Shown here: positions 40,378-50,513 of the stretch, piece by piece | Layout: every line of letters starts with the position of its first letter | Position numbering within the stretch: the stretch's first letter is position 1 | Source of the DNA: Ignavibacteriota bacterium | Lineage (GTDB): Bacteria; Bacteroidota; Ignavibacteria; UBA10030 | Reading direction: 5' to 3' | DNA length: 64,000 bases | Assembly: GCA_963701295.1 (NCBI GenBank) | Contig: OY969585.1 | Coordinates: forward strand, 2,112,001-2,176,000 | The notes under the pieces: model-generated | Seen by the model: only the letters and a program-made list of their open reading frames with translations | What the model was told of the DNA's origin: nothing | Databases searched by the model: none | Translations under genes and position numbers: made by a program

Positions 40378-42303
40378 GTGGTGTCTGCGGTTAAAAATTC
40401 ACAAACACTCCTTTGTTTATTATTCGTTGGATGCGAATGGTTGTTTTTCTGTAAGACGATGAATGCTCAGGAAATTATTCATCCTTCTCCTTTGCCATTT
40501 ACGGATAGTCTTCAACTATCATCACTCGGTTTTACTCGTCTGTTGAACACCTATGTGTGGAGTGGAGATTTCCAAAAAGAAATGCATGATCAGATTTGGA
40601 ACGTTGAAGTTCATCAGCACATTCGATCTCGTCTTGTTAAGTCTGACGAAAATGCAATTCAGGACGAGTATCAAGGATTTATTTCTTTAAATGCTCGGCT
40701 TTCGGAAGAGTGGAATCTTCAACTGAAAAATATGTCCAATGTTCTTGCGGATAATCGTGTTATCGATCTTGGTCGGATGGCACAACATCAAGTGCTCGCC
40801 GGTTTTGAGTACCTTCCTATAGGAAGTGTGAAAGGTGAAGTCTCTGGAGGATATGAGTTGAATTCTCAGGAGGAAGAAAGTGATCACGGGTTTGCCTATG
40901 CGCTGGGTTTTGATGCTCACCGAGTAAAGCTCGACGAATTTGATGCTTCGCTTCAATCGTCATGGAATCAGTCTCTTCTCGGCCGTCGTAATCCCCGAAC
41001 AGGAGATGCCAAGCTCATTCTCCTGCGCGACTTCGGTGGTGGTGTTGGCGATTCGCTTGCAATAAATTATAGTACACAAAGAAGTGAATATTATACAGGA
41101 CTTTCTTCGTCTTATCAAAATTCATTAGGTGTACAACATAATATATTTCACCGTGATGCAAATGTGTTTGAAATTATGAACCAAACAAAGTATGCTCTAG
41201 ATCGGAGCTTCTCCCTGAATACTTCATTCGGATTATCGAACCGGTTCATTGATCGAGGCTATAAATTCAAGGATAATCTGAATCCTACATCGCTGACTGA
41301 TTCGCGTATCCAAGAGATGCAATTCTTCGGTACGGTTTCGTTGTTATGGTCACCGTTCGATTGGCTTGGTGCGGATATCAGACTTTTATATACAGAGAGA
41401 GACGAGCGATATTCAGTGCCGGATGCTCCAGTACCCAACATTGAACAGCTACGCGCTCAAGCGAACAAATTAGAGAATACGGCGCAGCGCACAATGCTTA
41501 CGACGGCTCTCAATGCCAACGTGACCCAAAATGATAGCATCCGCTTGGTGTCCTCGATCAGTATTCTTCGATATGATACACCGGACCCTTCGAACACTGA
41601 TGATCGCGACGAATTGCTTATAACGTCTGGTATAGATATCCTCCATCGTTTTTCATCTCACGTGTTGTTGACACTGACTGCAGACCTCACACTCTTCCAT
41701 TTGGTATATCTTTTTCAGGAACAAAGCGCCAACAACAACTGGAACCGTGTTCTCCGATTATCACCGAGTGTCGAATATATGCCGTCTTCATGGTTTCGAA
41801 CAGTTATGCGAGCCGAGGTGCTGGCAAACTATACAATTAGCGACTATGAACTACAAAGTTCATCGATACAAAGCTTCTCATACAGGCAGGCAATGTGGTC
41901 AGATTCTACTGTTCTGCAGCTGAGCGAAAGAATTGAGTGTCACTTTTCGGGAAGCTTGCGTATCTTTGAACGAGGAACACTCATGTGGAATGAGTTTAAG
42001 GAAAAGCCGGAAGATTATTTTATAGAAAAAACTTTGTGGCCGGAATTTATTTGGTCGTCTGCTATGGGATTGAAAGTAGGATTCGGATTTCGTTATTTTG
42101 GCCAAGATAGTTACAAGTATCAAAATAATCAGCGAATCTTTACTCAAGGAATTGAATCCTTGGGACCCACTGTTTTCGTTGAGTGGTCAGGATCGAGGAC
42201 AGAGAAGATCACTTTGAGTGGATGGAGAGAAGAACAAAAAAATAATGGTACGACAAACGCAACGATTTCAAATCTTTCGATACAAGTAGGGTTCATTCTA
42301 TAA
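40378..42303 (+). CDS. Hypothetical outer-membrane beta-barrel protein
   Basis: N-terminal hydrophobic signal-like segment, alternating amphipathic strands, LRYDTP...DDRDE motif, C-terminal LSIQVGFIL. Start uncertain. Confidence 0.6.
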   Translation: MVSAVKNSQTLLCLLFVGCEWLFFCKTMNAQEIIHPSPLPFTDSLQLSSLGFTRLLNTYVWSGDFQKEMHDQIWNVEVHQHIRSRLVKSDENAIQDEYQGFISLNARLSEEWNLQLKNMSNVLADNRVIDLGRMAQHQVLAGFEYLPIGSVKGEVSGGYELNSQEEESDHGFAYALGFDAHRVKLDEFDASLQSSWNQSLLGRRNPRTGDAKLILLRDFGGGVGDSLAINYSTQRSEYYTGLSSSYQNSLGVQHNIFHRDANVFEIMNQTKYALDRSFSLNTSFGLSNRFIDRGYKFKDNLNPTSLTDSRIQEMQFFGTVSLLWSPFDWLGADIRLLYTERDERYSVPDAPVPNIEQLRAQANKLENTAQRTMLTTALNANVTQNDSIRLVSSISILRYDTPDPSNTDDRDELLITSGIDILHRFSSHVLLTLTADLTLFHLVYLFQEQSANNNWNRVLRLSPSVEYMPSSWFRTVMRAEVLANYTISDYELQSSSIQSFSYRQAMWSDSTVLQLSERIECHFSGSLRIFERGTLMWNEFKEKPEDYFIEKTLWPEFIWSSAMGLKVGFGFRYFGQDSYKYQNNQRIFTQGIESLGPTVFVEWSGSRTEKITLSGWREEQKNNGTTNATISNLSIQVGFIL

Positions 42304-42316
42304 TTGAGGAGATAGA

Positions 42317-42775
42317 ATGAAATCATACACGAAGCCAAAGAAAAGAAAAAAAGTATATCGCAAGATTGTTTTTGAAATGGTCTGCCACAGCAATCCAAAA
42401 GAAATTGGATGTATCGAAAAGTTTTTGTTGCAGGTCAATAAAAAACTTAATATGGACGATGGAACAATGTACCGTTTGTTGGTATCCTGTACTGAAGCAG
42501 TGAATAATGCAATGATCCATGGGAATAGGTCCGATCCCAATAAAACTGTTACTATCCGATGTATTGCTGAAAAACAGTTTCTCACTATCCGTGTGAAAGA
42601 TGAAGGTAAGGGGTTTGATCCGGAAAGTTTGCAAGATCCTCGCGAGGAGAAGAATTTGATGAAAGAGAGCGGGCGCGGCGTGTTTTTAATACGTTCGTTG
42701 ATGGATTCGATTACCGTTAAACGTCTTAAGTCTGGGTCGGTCGTAGAAATGAAGGTAAAGCTCCACAAACAGTAA
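42317..42775 (+). CDS. Anti-sigma factor / Ser-Thr kinase (RsbW-like HATPase)
   Basis: TEAVNNAMIHGN, V.DEGKGFDP, ESGRGVFLIRSLMD. Confidence 0.9.
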   Translation: MKSYTKPKKRKKVYRKIVFEMVCHSNPKEIGCIEKFLLQVNKKLNMDDGTMYRLLVSCTEAVNNAMIHGNRSDPNKTVTIRCIAEKQFLTIRVKDEGKGFDPESLQDPREEKNLMKESGRGVFLIRSLMDSITVKRLKSGSVVEMKVKLHKQ

Positions 42776-42803
42776 TGAAATTGATCTAGTATGTTGGAAA
42801 AGA

Positions 42804-42835
42804 AAAACACCCGTCTCTTGCGAGACGGGTGTTTT
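42804..42835. terminator. Bidirectional intrinsic terminator
   Basis: AAAACACCCGTCTC-TTGC-GAGACGGGTGTTTT between convergent genes. Confidence 0.9.
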
Positions 42836-42866
42836 ATGTACATAAAGATTGTCCGGATAAAATACG

Positions 42867-44366
42867 TTACCGAACAGACGGCCTGAACAGCAAATCTAAC
42901 GAGTTGAATGCTCCAAACGGAAGCACTGGGTCGATCTTTCCATTCCCGCCTTTATAAAGGGGAGCGGACAGCTTCGGCAGAGCGCTGACATTGACCAATG
43001 GAACATTCATCCCAAAGGAAGCATTGATCACTTTGATATATTCGTTTGCCACAATACCATAGCCGCGATCCGACGGATGTATGCCATCTAAGCTGAATAT
43101 ATCGCCCGAAATATAATCGGCAGTATATTTCTCACTGGTAATAACGAGGCCGTTCGCTTTTACATTATTAAAAAAGCCGTTGAAATCTACGATTGCGGCA
43201 CCGTGAGTGGCTGCAACAGAGGCGATAATACTGTTAAAATTATTTACCGCATTTGTCGCCGAAGCAATTTCATCAGCATCGAGAATCAAAGCATCTGGCC
43301 ATGGATTTTGAGGATGAAAACCGAACGGTTTGGTTGTATCAAGAGTAGCTCCTTGTGCCGCTAATACCGCCGCAAGTGGGACTCCTAATGAAACTGCAGC
43401 ATCACGCCAGAATTGACCGGTTGGCATGCCTAATAAAGCAGTATATGCTTGTCCTTTTAATGTTACTAAAGGCGCATTCGCTTCAGTCAATTTTGTAGAA
43501 TCAAAATCCATTCCGGTTACACCATGTCTTTGATAGCGTAAGTAATATGGCGCCGGAATGTGTGGTGCAAGAAGAGGATTTACAGTTGTGAAGAATGGGA
43601 CAGAAGTAACATTTGGAATATTCCCCACAACGATTTTTGCGTTCGGCAAGGTCTGACGCAATGCATCAAGTGCTTGTCCGTAAAGGTAGCCAAATGTTGT
43701 TGGATCAGTCGGTGCATTTGGAGAAGTACCGCCGGTAATAGCGAATCCTAATACATCATTCGCTCCAAGCCAGAAGGTTACAAGGTCTGGATGTAACGCT
43801 ACTGCTTGAATGAATACACTTTTTGGAAATGGCGAACTTGGGTTATCCCAACGTAAGATGGCTTTGCTCCCTAGAGGAGGCGATTGAAATTTTCCAGTTG
43901 TATCCATAAATCCTGCAAGCGGTATTCCAGGAATTCCTAAATTATCATAAGGCCTTAAAACGGTTCCGGCGTTTTCAGGTGCAGCAGCGGTCAATGCTTC
44001 TCCAATCGGCCCAATCTCAGGAGTTGTTCCTGACCAGCCGTAAATAATATATCGGGAAGCTTTTCCTGTTGATGGATCTGGTATACCCGGGTCTGGCCAG
44101 TATGGTTGTTCGAATGTCCCTATGTTCGCCCCGGCTTTAGTTAATTGTTGAGCAATGAGGTTCGGGTAACTATACAGCTGTGCTGATTTATATAATCCGG
44201 CGGACTGATATCCTGCTGTTAAGCTGTTTCCGACGGATACATATTTTGTTACTGTCGAATTGCCGAGGCCGATAACAGGCCCTGTTGGCGCCGAGTCCGT
44301 GCAGCCGTTCAGGAGCGCGGTAATCAACGCAGCGAGAGTGATGAAAAAAACTATATATTGTTTCAT
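42867..44366 (-). CDS. SGNH/GDSL-family lipolytic lipoprotein
   Basis: Lipobox LNGC. YVSVGNSLTAG, NLGIPG, WLGANDVL, FSLDGIHP. Confidence 0.88.
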   Translation of the reverse strand: MKQYIVFFITLAALITALLNGCTDSAPTGPVIGLGNSTVTKYVSVGNSLTAGYQSAGLYKSAQLYSYPNLIAQQLTKAGANIGTFEQPYWPDPGIPDPSTGKASRYIIYGWSGTTPEIGPIGEALTAAAPENAGTVLRPYDNLGIPGIPLAGFMDTTGKFQSPPLGSKAILRWDNPSSPFPKSVFIQAVALHPDLVTFWLGANDVLGFAITGGTSPNAPTDPTTFGYLYGQALDALRQTLPNAKIVVGNIPNVTSVPFFTTVNPLLAPHIPAPYYLRYQRHGVTGMDFDSTKLTEANAPLVTLKGQAYTALLGMPTGQFWRDAAVSLGVPLAAVLAAQGATLDTTKPFGFHPQNPWPDALILDADEIASATNAVNNFNSIIASVAATHGAAIVDFNGFFNNVKANGLVITSEKYTADYISGDIFSLDGIHPSDRGYGIVANEYIKVINASFGMNVPLVNVSALPKLSAPLYKGGNGKIDPVLPFGAFNSLDLLFRPSVR

Positions 44367-44414
44367 TGTCTATCTCCAATTCATTTGTTTGATGGATGCA
44401 TAATGGTTGTCATC

Positions 44415-45641
44415 TTAGAAAGTGTAACCAATGTCGATACCGATAAGCGTTGCCGTCATATTGTAAGTACCATCGAAGGCGATAACGGTATTCTGAACAG
44501 TTCGTTGGTCAAACTTCAGGAAGAGGTAAGATGCATCCACTCTCCATCGCTCGCAAATTTTATATCCGATGCCGATGTTATACCCATTCCGGTTGGCATC
44601 TGGAAGCATGGGATCTACGTACTCTGTCAATACGGGCGAATGGTCATAGAGATATCCGGCTCGTAATTGAATATCACCCATGGTGTATTCTGCGCCCAAC
44701 CGCAAAATATATGTGTCCTGATAATCTTTTACCATAACTTCATTTTTCGTTGGGTCCGCCTTGAATCCGATCGCTAATTCTTTATAAGACGACCAGCCGA
44801 CATATTGATAATCAGCTTCGACTTCGAGATTTTTCATGGCTTTGTACGCAATCCCTGCGTATCCTGTTGCCGGTAATGTAATTGTGGCAGTGGCATCGCC
44901 ATTAGGAAGTGCTAATACTGTATAGTTTGGATCAAATTTTGCAGAACCACTTGCATCAAGCTTAACAGAACTGCGGTAAGAGAGGCCTAATGACAAATCT
45001 GGAATGAACTTATAAATGAGTCCGGCATTGAAGCCGACGCCGGTTGCGCTCAAATCGAGATTGACGATTGGAAGATTTCCATTAAATGGAATTGAAGTTC
45101 CATTCTTCATTGTGACTTTACCGGTCACATAATTAAGTCCGGCGCCTACCGAGAGTTGTTCATTAACTTTATAAGCGATTGTAGGTGTGATGAAGTAACT
45201 TGTAAGGTCAATCTTTTGTGTGATGTTGTACTCGTCAGCCCAGTTTGCAGGCCATTCTGTCCCTAACCCATATGGATTATTCACTCCCAGGCCGAAATGA
45301 ATATTATCGTTTAGTTCGTAAGTCCCGTAAATATTAATAGGAGTGAATGTTTGATCCACCATTTTTGTCTCATCGTTGAGTGAAAGATTTGACGGGCCGT
45401 AAAAAGCTATCTTGGGCATAATAAATGTCGTTCCAAGGTATACTGATGAACCCTGAAAACCCAATCCAGCCGGATTGAAATAAATTGCTGATGGGTCGTC
45501 AGCTCTGGCAGCGAATGCGCCTCCTTGAGCCACTGCGCGTGCACCATGCTCATTTAATTGAAAGCCTCCACCTAAAGCGATACAAACTACCAACATAGAA
45601 AGGACAATAGTCCCCAATAGATGTTGAGAATAAAGTCTCAA
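44415..45641 (-). CDS. OmpP1/FadL long-chain fatty-acid transporter
   Basis: GGFQLNEHGARA...A.ADDPSAIYFNPAGL, PYGLGTEW, C-terminal IGYTF. TTG start with GAGGAGG RBS. Confidence 0.92.
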   Translation of the reverse strand: MRLYSQHLLGTIVLSMLVVCIALGGGFQLNEHGARAVAQGGAFAARADDPSAIYFNPAGLGFQGSSVYLGTTFIMPKIAFYGPSNLSLNDETKMVDQTFTPINIYGTYELNDNIHFGLGVNNPYGLGTEWPANWADEYNITQKIDLTSYFITPTIAYKVNEQLSVGAGLNYVTGKVTMKNGTSIPFNGNLPIVNLDLSATGVGFNAGLIYKFIPDLSLGLSYRSSVKLDASGSAKFDPNYTVLALPNGDATATITLPATGYAGIAYKAMKNLEVEADYQYVGWSSYKELAIGFKADPTKNEVMVKDYQDTYILRLGAEYTMGDIQLRAGYLYDHSPVLTEYVDPMLPDANRNGYNIGIGYKICERWRVDASYLFLKFDQRTVQNTVIAFDGTYNMTATLIGIDIGYTF

Positions 45642-45926
45642 AGCGACCTCCTCAAGTGATGTGAATGGTTTGTGGTTTGATGTAAAGTAAAATTGAGAAA
45701 AACTGTTTACAATGTATTAGAACGAAAGCAGTATAATAAATGAATCTATAAGAAGCAATCTTCAGAAGAAAAATGTACGAACCTACGTGCTTGCCACGAC
45801 TTTTCGAAGGAGTTGCCGAAAGACGATAGAAGGATGTCCCGTTTGGCAGTATGGCTTCGTCCCATGAAGGGACGACGAGATAGTGTTTCTCGCCGTTTTG
45901 TGGAAATAATGGCAAAGATTTTGACC

Positions 45927-45953
45927 AAAAAAAAGCCTCCTAGTGGGAGGCTT
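45927..45953 (-). terminator. Intrinsic terminator of rplU-rpmA
   Basis: AAGCCTCC-TAGTG-GGAGGCTT stem followed by a U8 tract on the minus strand. Confidence 0.85.
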
Positions 45954-45977
45954 CTTCAATAACTTATATTTTATGCA

Positions 45978-46235
45978 TTATTCAGGTTGTATGATGCTTA
46001 TGCGTTGTTTTGTTTTACCGAAGCGCTCGAATTTTACAACACCGGTAGCAAGCGCAAAAAGTGTGTCATCGCTGCCAATACCAACATTGATACCGGGATG
46101 AAATTTTGTCCCCCGCTGGCGTACAAGAATATTTCCTGCAAGTACTAGTTGACCACCGAAGCGTTTCACTCCGAGGCGTTGAGCATTACTATCGCGGCCG
46201 TTCTTGGAACTTCCACCGCCTTTTTTATGAGCCAT
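45978..46235 (-). CDS. rpmA: 50S ribosomal protein L27
   Basis: [23 protein letters not shown]...[10 protein letters not shown]. Confidence 0.98.
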   Translation of the reverse strand: MAHKKGGGSSKNGRDSNAQRLGVKRFGGQLVLAGNILVRQRGTKFHPGINVGIGSDDTLFALATGVVKFERFGKTKQRISIIQPE

Positions 46236-46249
46236 ACAACCTCTCCTGT

Positions 46250-46558
46250 TTAAGCAAGATTTGTTATTTCAATTTCCGTATACTGCTGGCGATGTCCATT
46301 ACGAACTCTGTAGCCTTTCCGTTTTTTCTTCTTGAGCACGATCACCGTCTCATCTTTGACATGTCGCACCACTTTTGCTTCGACAAAAGCTCCTTGAACG
46401 TATGGACTGCCAACACTGGCTTTCTTTTCATCTCCAGTCAAAATGACTTTATTAAACTTTATTATCGAACCGATTTCTGATGATATTTTTGGTACAAATA
46501 CTTTATCCGATGGGGAGACCTTCACTTGTGTTCCTGCAATTTCTACGATTGCGTACAT
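46250..46558 (-). CDS. rplU: 50S ribosomal protein L21
   Basis: [12 protein letters not shown]...[17 protein letters not shown]. Confidence 0.97.
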   Translation of the reverse strand: MYAIVEIAGTQVKVSPSDKVFVPKISSEIGSIIKFNKVILTGDEKKASVGSPYVQGAFVEAKVVRHVKDETVIVLKKKKRKGYRVRNGHRQQYTEIEITNLA

Positions 46559-46731
46559 TGTTTTCCTCAATTCCTAAGACCAGTTATAAATTAATATAAT
46601 AAAGTACTGAAAAAGTGTTAGAGAGTCAACGAGTTTCCCCGGAAAAAAATCAAATTTTCATTAAATATCTCGTATAAAGAGGTCGGAAATATGAGATCCG
46701 CAGCGGTTTTTTCTGGTTCTCATGAATTCAT

Positions 46732-47583
46732 TCAATCATTGTCTGATGTCAACTTTGTTTCAAGAACCTGTCGTACCTGATCCAAAGGCATATCCTTTTC
46801 TGTCCAGAGTTGAAATGCTGCTGCTCCTTGACGAAGGAACATTTCCAGGCCATCGATGGTTCTAGCGCCTACAGCCTGAGCTTCGCTCAGAAGACGAGTT
46901 CTCAGTGGACGATAGACGAGGTCGAAGATAATATGCTGATTTGATAGCCAGTGTGGATTGGGAATGGGGCATTCATGAACATGGGGGAACATTCCGACGG
47001 TGGTGGCGTTTACAAGAAGCGTGCAGTTCTTGATTGCAGGCTCGAGAGCTACATCAGTGAACGGTACTACGTTGAGTTTCACCTTACACTTCCCAACGCT
47101 TTCGATGATCGCATAAGCTTGTTCAGGGTAGAGAGCAGCGAATGTGATTTCCTCAGGTTGAAAGCCGTGGATGAGTACATGTACCACGGAACGAGCGGCT
47201 CCACCAGCACCCATAATTGTACATAGTTGTCCTTTGATTCTTGATCGATCAAGATGAAGTGCTCGTTCGATGCCAATAACGTCTGTGTTAAATCCGACTA
47301 ATGTTTTGTTGCGACAAACAACGGTGTTCACAGCCCCGACTCTACGTGCTTCCGGAATAACTTCATCGATAAGAGGAATAATCGTTTCTTTATGCGGTGC
47401 GGTAATGTTAAACCCACCCCACCTCTGTTCCCTGAAGTGTTCAACCATCTGTTTCAAAGAAGCCGGTTCGATATCAAGTGCTTCATACTGACAATCCAAA
47501 CGGAGCAACTTGAATGCTGTGTTGTGCATCAGAGGGGAAAGAGAATGCCCGATGGGATGGCCAATAACTGCAAAGTGCTTCAT
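46732..47583 (-). CDS. aroE: Shikimate dehydrogenase
   Basis: GHPIGHSLSPLMHN, GFNIT.PHK, GAVNT, NTDVIG, GAGGAAR, DLVYRP, DGLEMFL.QG. Confidence 0.95.
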   Translation of the reverse strand: MKHFAVIGHPIGHSLSPLMHNTAFKLLRLDCQYEALDIEPASLKQMVEHFREQRWGGFNITAPHKETIIPLIDEVIPEARRVGAVNTVVCRNKTLVGFNTDVIGIERALHLDRSRIKGQLCTIMGAGGAARSVVHVLIHGFQPEEITFAALYPEQAYAIIESVGKCKVKLNVVPFTDVALEPAIKNCTLLVNATTVGMFPHVHECPIPNPHWLSNQHIIFDLVYRPLRTRLLSEAQAVGARTIDGLEMFLRQGAAAFQLWTEKDMPLDQVRQVLETKLTSDND

Positions 47584-47649
47584 TGTTGAATGTCCTCAGT
47601 GGATCGAAATACAAAAACCATAGAAATCAGCTGAGATGTGGAAAGAATG

Positions 47650-49068
47650 CTACTGTTTCCCCAAGAGATGCACAAACAGCCGATCATTGGTGAGATTCGG
47701 GAAGAATTGTTTAAATTCTTTTTTCAACTCTGGAACCAGATTGAAAGCAATGAAAAACTCGTTTGATGCCTCTTCCTTTAAATTCATTGAAATCAGTACT
47801 TTTCCGCGGCTAAAATATGCTGGTGCAAATTTTGGATCGAGTTTCGTGCATTCTCGTAAAGCTGTTAATGCTTCGGAATACATTTCTTTCTCACCTAAAG
47901 TGTCACCTAGATCGAACCAAATTTCGGAGTCTTTCGGATCCAAAGTGACAACTTTCCTGTAACACTCGATACATTCGTCGATTCTTCCAAGATTGTAAAG
48001 AGCATCACCGCAAGCGTACCAATATTCGGCATACTCTGGATGAATATCTGTCGCTTTTTTGTATGCAGTATATGCCTGCTCGGTGTGGCCCATCGCATCA
48101 TGACAGCATCCAATACCGAAAAAGGATTCATGATGCTGGCTGTCAATTTCGATAGCAGATGAATAACAAGAAAGTGCCTCATAGAAATCGTTTAGTTCTT
48201 CGTAGGCATTTCCAAGATTATGTAGGGCTGCGACATCTTCTGATTCATAGGTCAATGTTGTTTTAAAGCAGCGAATTGCATCCTGGAGTCGCCCCAGATT
48301 CGCATATGCATTGCCCATGTTGAACCAAGCTGCCGAGAAGTCTTCCTTGATTGCAAGAGAATATTCATAGCTCTCGATAGCTTTCGTAAATTGCCCGACT
48401 CTGTTATGGACAATGCCTTTGTTATACCATGCATTATAATTATATGGATCGCGGTTGAGGTGCTCATCATAGCAACGGATGGACTCGGCAGGTTTGTCAA
48501 GGTAATCGTAACAATAACCGAGTTCGTACCAAGCATCGATATGTTCCGGGTCAATCTGAAGAACGTGATGGAATATAGATTCAGCCTCCACAAAACGTTC
48601 TAGTTTTTCAAGAGTTATACCTTTGTGCAACAAGGCGTCTTCGTGGGACGAGTCGAGTTCGAGAGCTTTATCGAATGATGCCATCGATTCTGTAATTCGA
48701 TTCAAATTGTCTAATGTAATACCCCTATTGATGTATGCCTCAGGATCCGTAGGATTGAGGCCCAAAGCCTTATCGAAACAATCGAGTGCTTCATTGTATC
48801 GAAAGAGGTTGTTAAGAATCATTCCCTTCCGTTGCCATGCATCTGCATTAAACGGTTCAAACGAGAGAAGCCGATCGGCATATGTCAATGCCTCTTCAAA
48901 CTTCTCGTATTCAAAATAGAATTGGATGATTTCTTCCAACGCCTCCGGATTATTGATGTCCTTACCGCCATTTCGCAGTGTCTCGCGGAATCGTCGTACA
49001 TCATCCTCCGAGCGCTTATTCGGTTTCGGACCAATATTATCATCATTATTACGATTAAAATCTGGCAC
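47650..49068 (-). CDS. Tetratricopeptide-repeat protein
   Basis: About 11 TPRs of the form AW...G.......Y.EA..C...AL...P. Confidence 0.92.
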   Translation of the reverse strand: MPDFNRNNDDNIGPKPNKRSEDDVRRFRETLRNGGKDINNPEALEEIIQFYFEYEKFEEALTYADRLLSFEPFNADAWQRKGMILNNLFRYNEALDCFDKALGLNPTDPEAYINRGITLDNLNRITESMASFDKALELDSSHEDALLHKGITLEKLERFVEAESIFHHVLQIDPEHIDAWYELGYCYDYLDKPAESIRCYDEHLNRDPYNYNAWYNKGIVHNRVGQFTKAIESYEYSLAIKEDFSAAWFNMGNAYANLGRLQDAIRCFKTTLTYESEDVAALHNLGNAYEELNDFYEALSCYSSAIEIDSQHHESFFGIGCCHDAMGHTEQAYTAYKKATDIHPEYAEYWYACGDALYNLGRIDECIECYRKVVTLDPKDSEIWFDLGDTLGEKEMYSEALTALRECTKLDPKFAPAYFSRGKVLISMNLKEEASNEFFIAFNLVPELKKEFKQFFPNLTNDRLFVHLLGKQ

Positions 49069-49163
49069 TGCTTACTCCACCATTAATACATCCTCTTTCA
49101 ATAAAAGAAATAAACGAATGGAAGTCAAGGAATGCAAAAAGCTCTTTTAATCGATATTTCTAT

Positions 49164-49192
49164 TTGATTTTAGCGATGAGTTGGAGTATATT
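49164..49192 (+). promoter_or_regulatory. Sigma70-like promoter of the yggS operon
   Basis: TTGATT-17bp-TATATT 20 bp upstream of yggS. Confidence 0.5.
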
Positions 49193-49211
49193 AATCTCTT
49201 GCTGAAACTGA

Positions 49212-49910
49212 ATGATTGCTGAAAATCTCAAAAATCTGCGAAAACACATCGAACAGACCTGTCAAAAGTGTGGACGTCGATCAGAGGATGTCCAGCTTGT
49301 CGCAGTATCTAAGACATTTCCGGCAGAAGCTGTTCAGGAAGCCGTTAGTGCCGGACATATTGATTTCGGTGAGAATTACGTTCAGGAATTGCAGGAAAAA
49401 CGCCAGGTGTTGGCAAAGCATCCGCTTCACTGGCATTTCATCGGTCATCTGCAATCAAACAAAGCCAAATACATTGCTGAGTATATTCATCTCATTCACT
49501 CGGTTGACGACATAAGTCTTGGCAAGGAAATCAGTAAGCGAGCTGAACGGTTCGGACGGGTTCAGGATGTTTTGGTGGAAGTCCGTACAACGGATGAAGC
49601 GACAAAATATGGTGTTCCACCAAAGCAAACAATCGCACTGCTGAAGGAATTGTCGCAGCTTCAATATCTTCAGGTTTGCGGATTGATGACGATGGGACCT
49701 TTTTCGGATGACCCTAATGATTCTCGGCAATCCTTTCGGCAATTGGCGGAGTTGAAAAGAGAGATTGTATCTGAGGGAATTGAGAATGTCCAAATGCATC
49801 ACTTATCGATGGGTATGACGCACGACTTTGAAGTTGCCATAGAAGAAGGTTCCACGATTGTCCGGATAGGAACAGCAATATTTGGCAGACGTGTAAAGAA
49901 CGTGAATTGA
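49212..49910 (+). CDS. yggS: PLP homeostasis protein (YggS family)
   Basis: LVAVSKT, FGENYVQE, WHFIGHLQSNK, LSMGMT.DF..AIEEGST.VRIGTAIFG. Confidence 0.96.
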   Translation: MIAENLKNLRKHIEQTCQKCGRRSEDVQLVAVSKTFPAEAVQEAVSAGHIDFGENYVQELQEKRQVLAKHPLHWHFIGHLQSNKAKYIAEYIHLIHSVDDISLGKEISKRAERFGRVQDVLVEVRTTDEATKYGVPPKQTIALLKELSQLQYLQVCGLMTMGPFSDDPNDSRQSFRQLAELKREIVSEGIENVQMHHLSMGMTHDFEVAIEEGSTIVRIGTAIFGRRVKNVN

Positions 49911-49921
49911 AAGGGACGACC

Positions 49922-50449
49922 ATGAAAATTACACCGTTGGAAATTAAGCGTCAACAATTCAAGAAGACTATGCGCGGGTATGATACCATTGAGGTAGAGA
50001 CATTTTTAGAAATGGTTTCCAATGAGCTGGAGGATCTCATTCACGAAAACAGAGAGCAGAAGGATAAAATTATTGAGTTGGAAACACAGCTTTCCGACTA
50101 TAAGAACATTGAACGATCACTCCAGCAGACATTTATGCAGGCACAGGAAACGAGCGGCAAGTCTATTGAGAACTCAAAACGTGAAGCTGAAATCATAGTG
50201 AAAGAAGCAGAAGTCAAGGCGTCGCAAATTGTGGAAAAGGCTCGTCTCGATTTTGCCCATGTGAAGGAAGAGATCTCGCAGCTCAAAGCGCGCAAGGAAA
50301 GTGTTCTGAGTAAATTGAAAGTGCTGCTTTCGTCTGAATTAAATTTGATACGCGCTCTTGATATCGATGAAGACGGGAATAAGAAAGATCCATCCAAAGG
50401 AACAGGGAAGGAACGTTTGGAAATAGATGAAATTCTAAAAAGACTGTAA
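49922..50449 (+). CDS. DivIVA domain protein
   Basis: MKITPLEIKRQQFKK.MRGYD..EVE.FL followed by coiled coil. Confidence 0.92.
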   Translation: MKITPLEIKRQQFKKTMRGYDTIEVETFLEMVSNELEDLIHENREQKDKIIELETQLSDYKNIERSLQQTFMQAQETSGKSIENSKREAEIIVKEAEVKASQIVEKARLDFAHVKEEISQLKARKESVLSKLKVLLSSELNLIRALDIDEDGNKKDPSKGTGKERLEIDEILKRL

Positions 50450-50513
50450 TAAATAGAGGTAGATTCTCTGCGAAGTGATGATTCAAATTCTGTTCTGAAC
50501 ACACAAGAATAAC

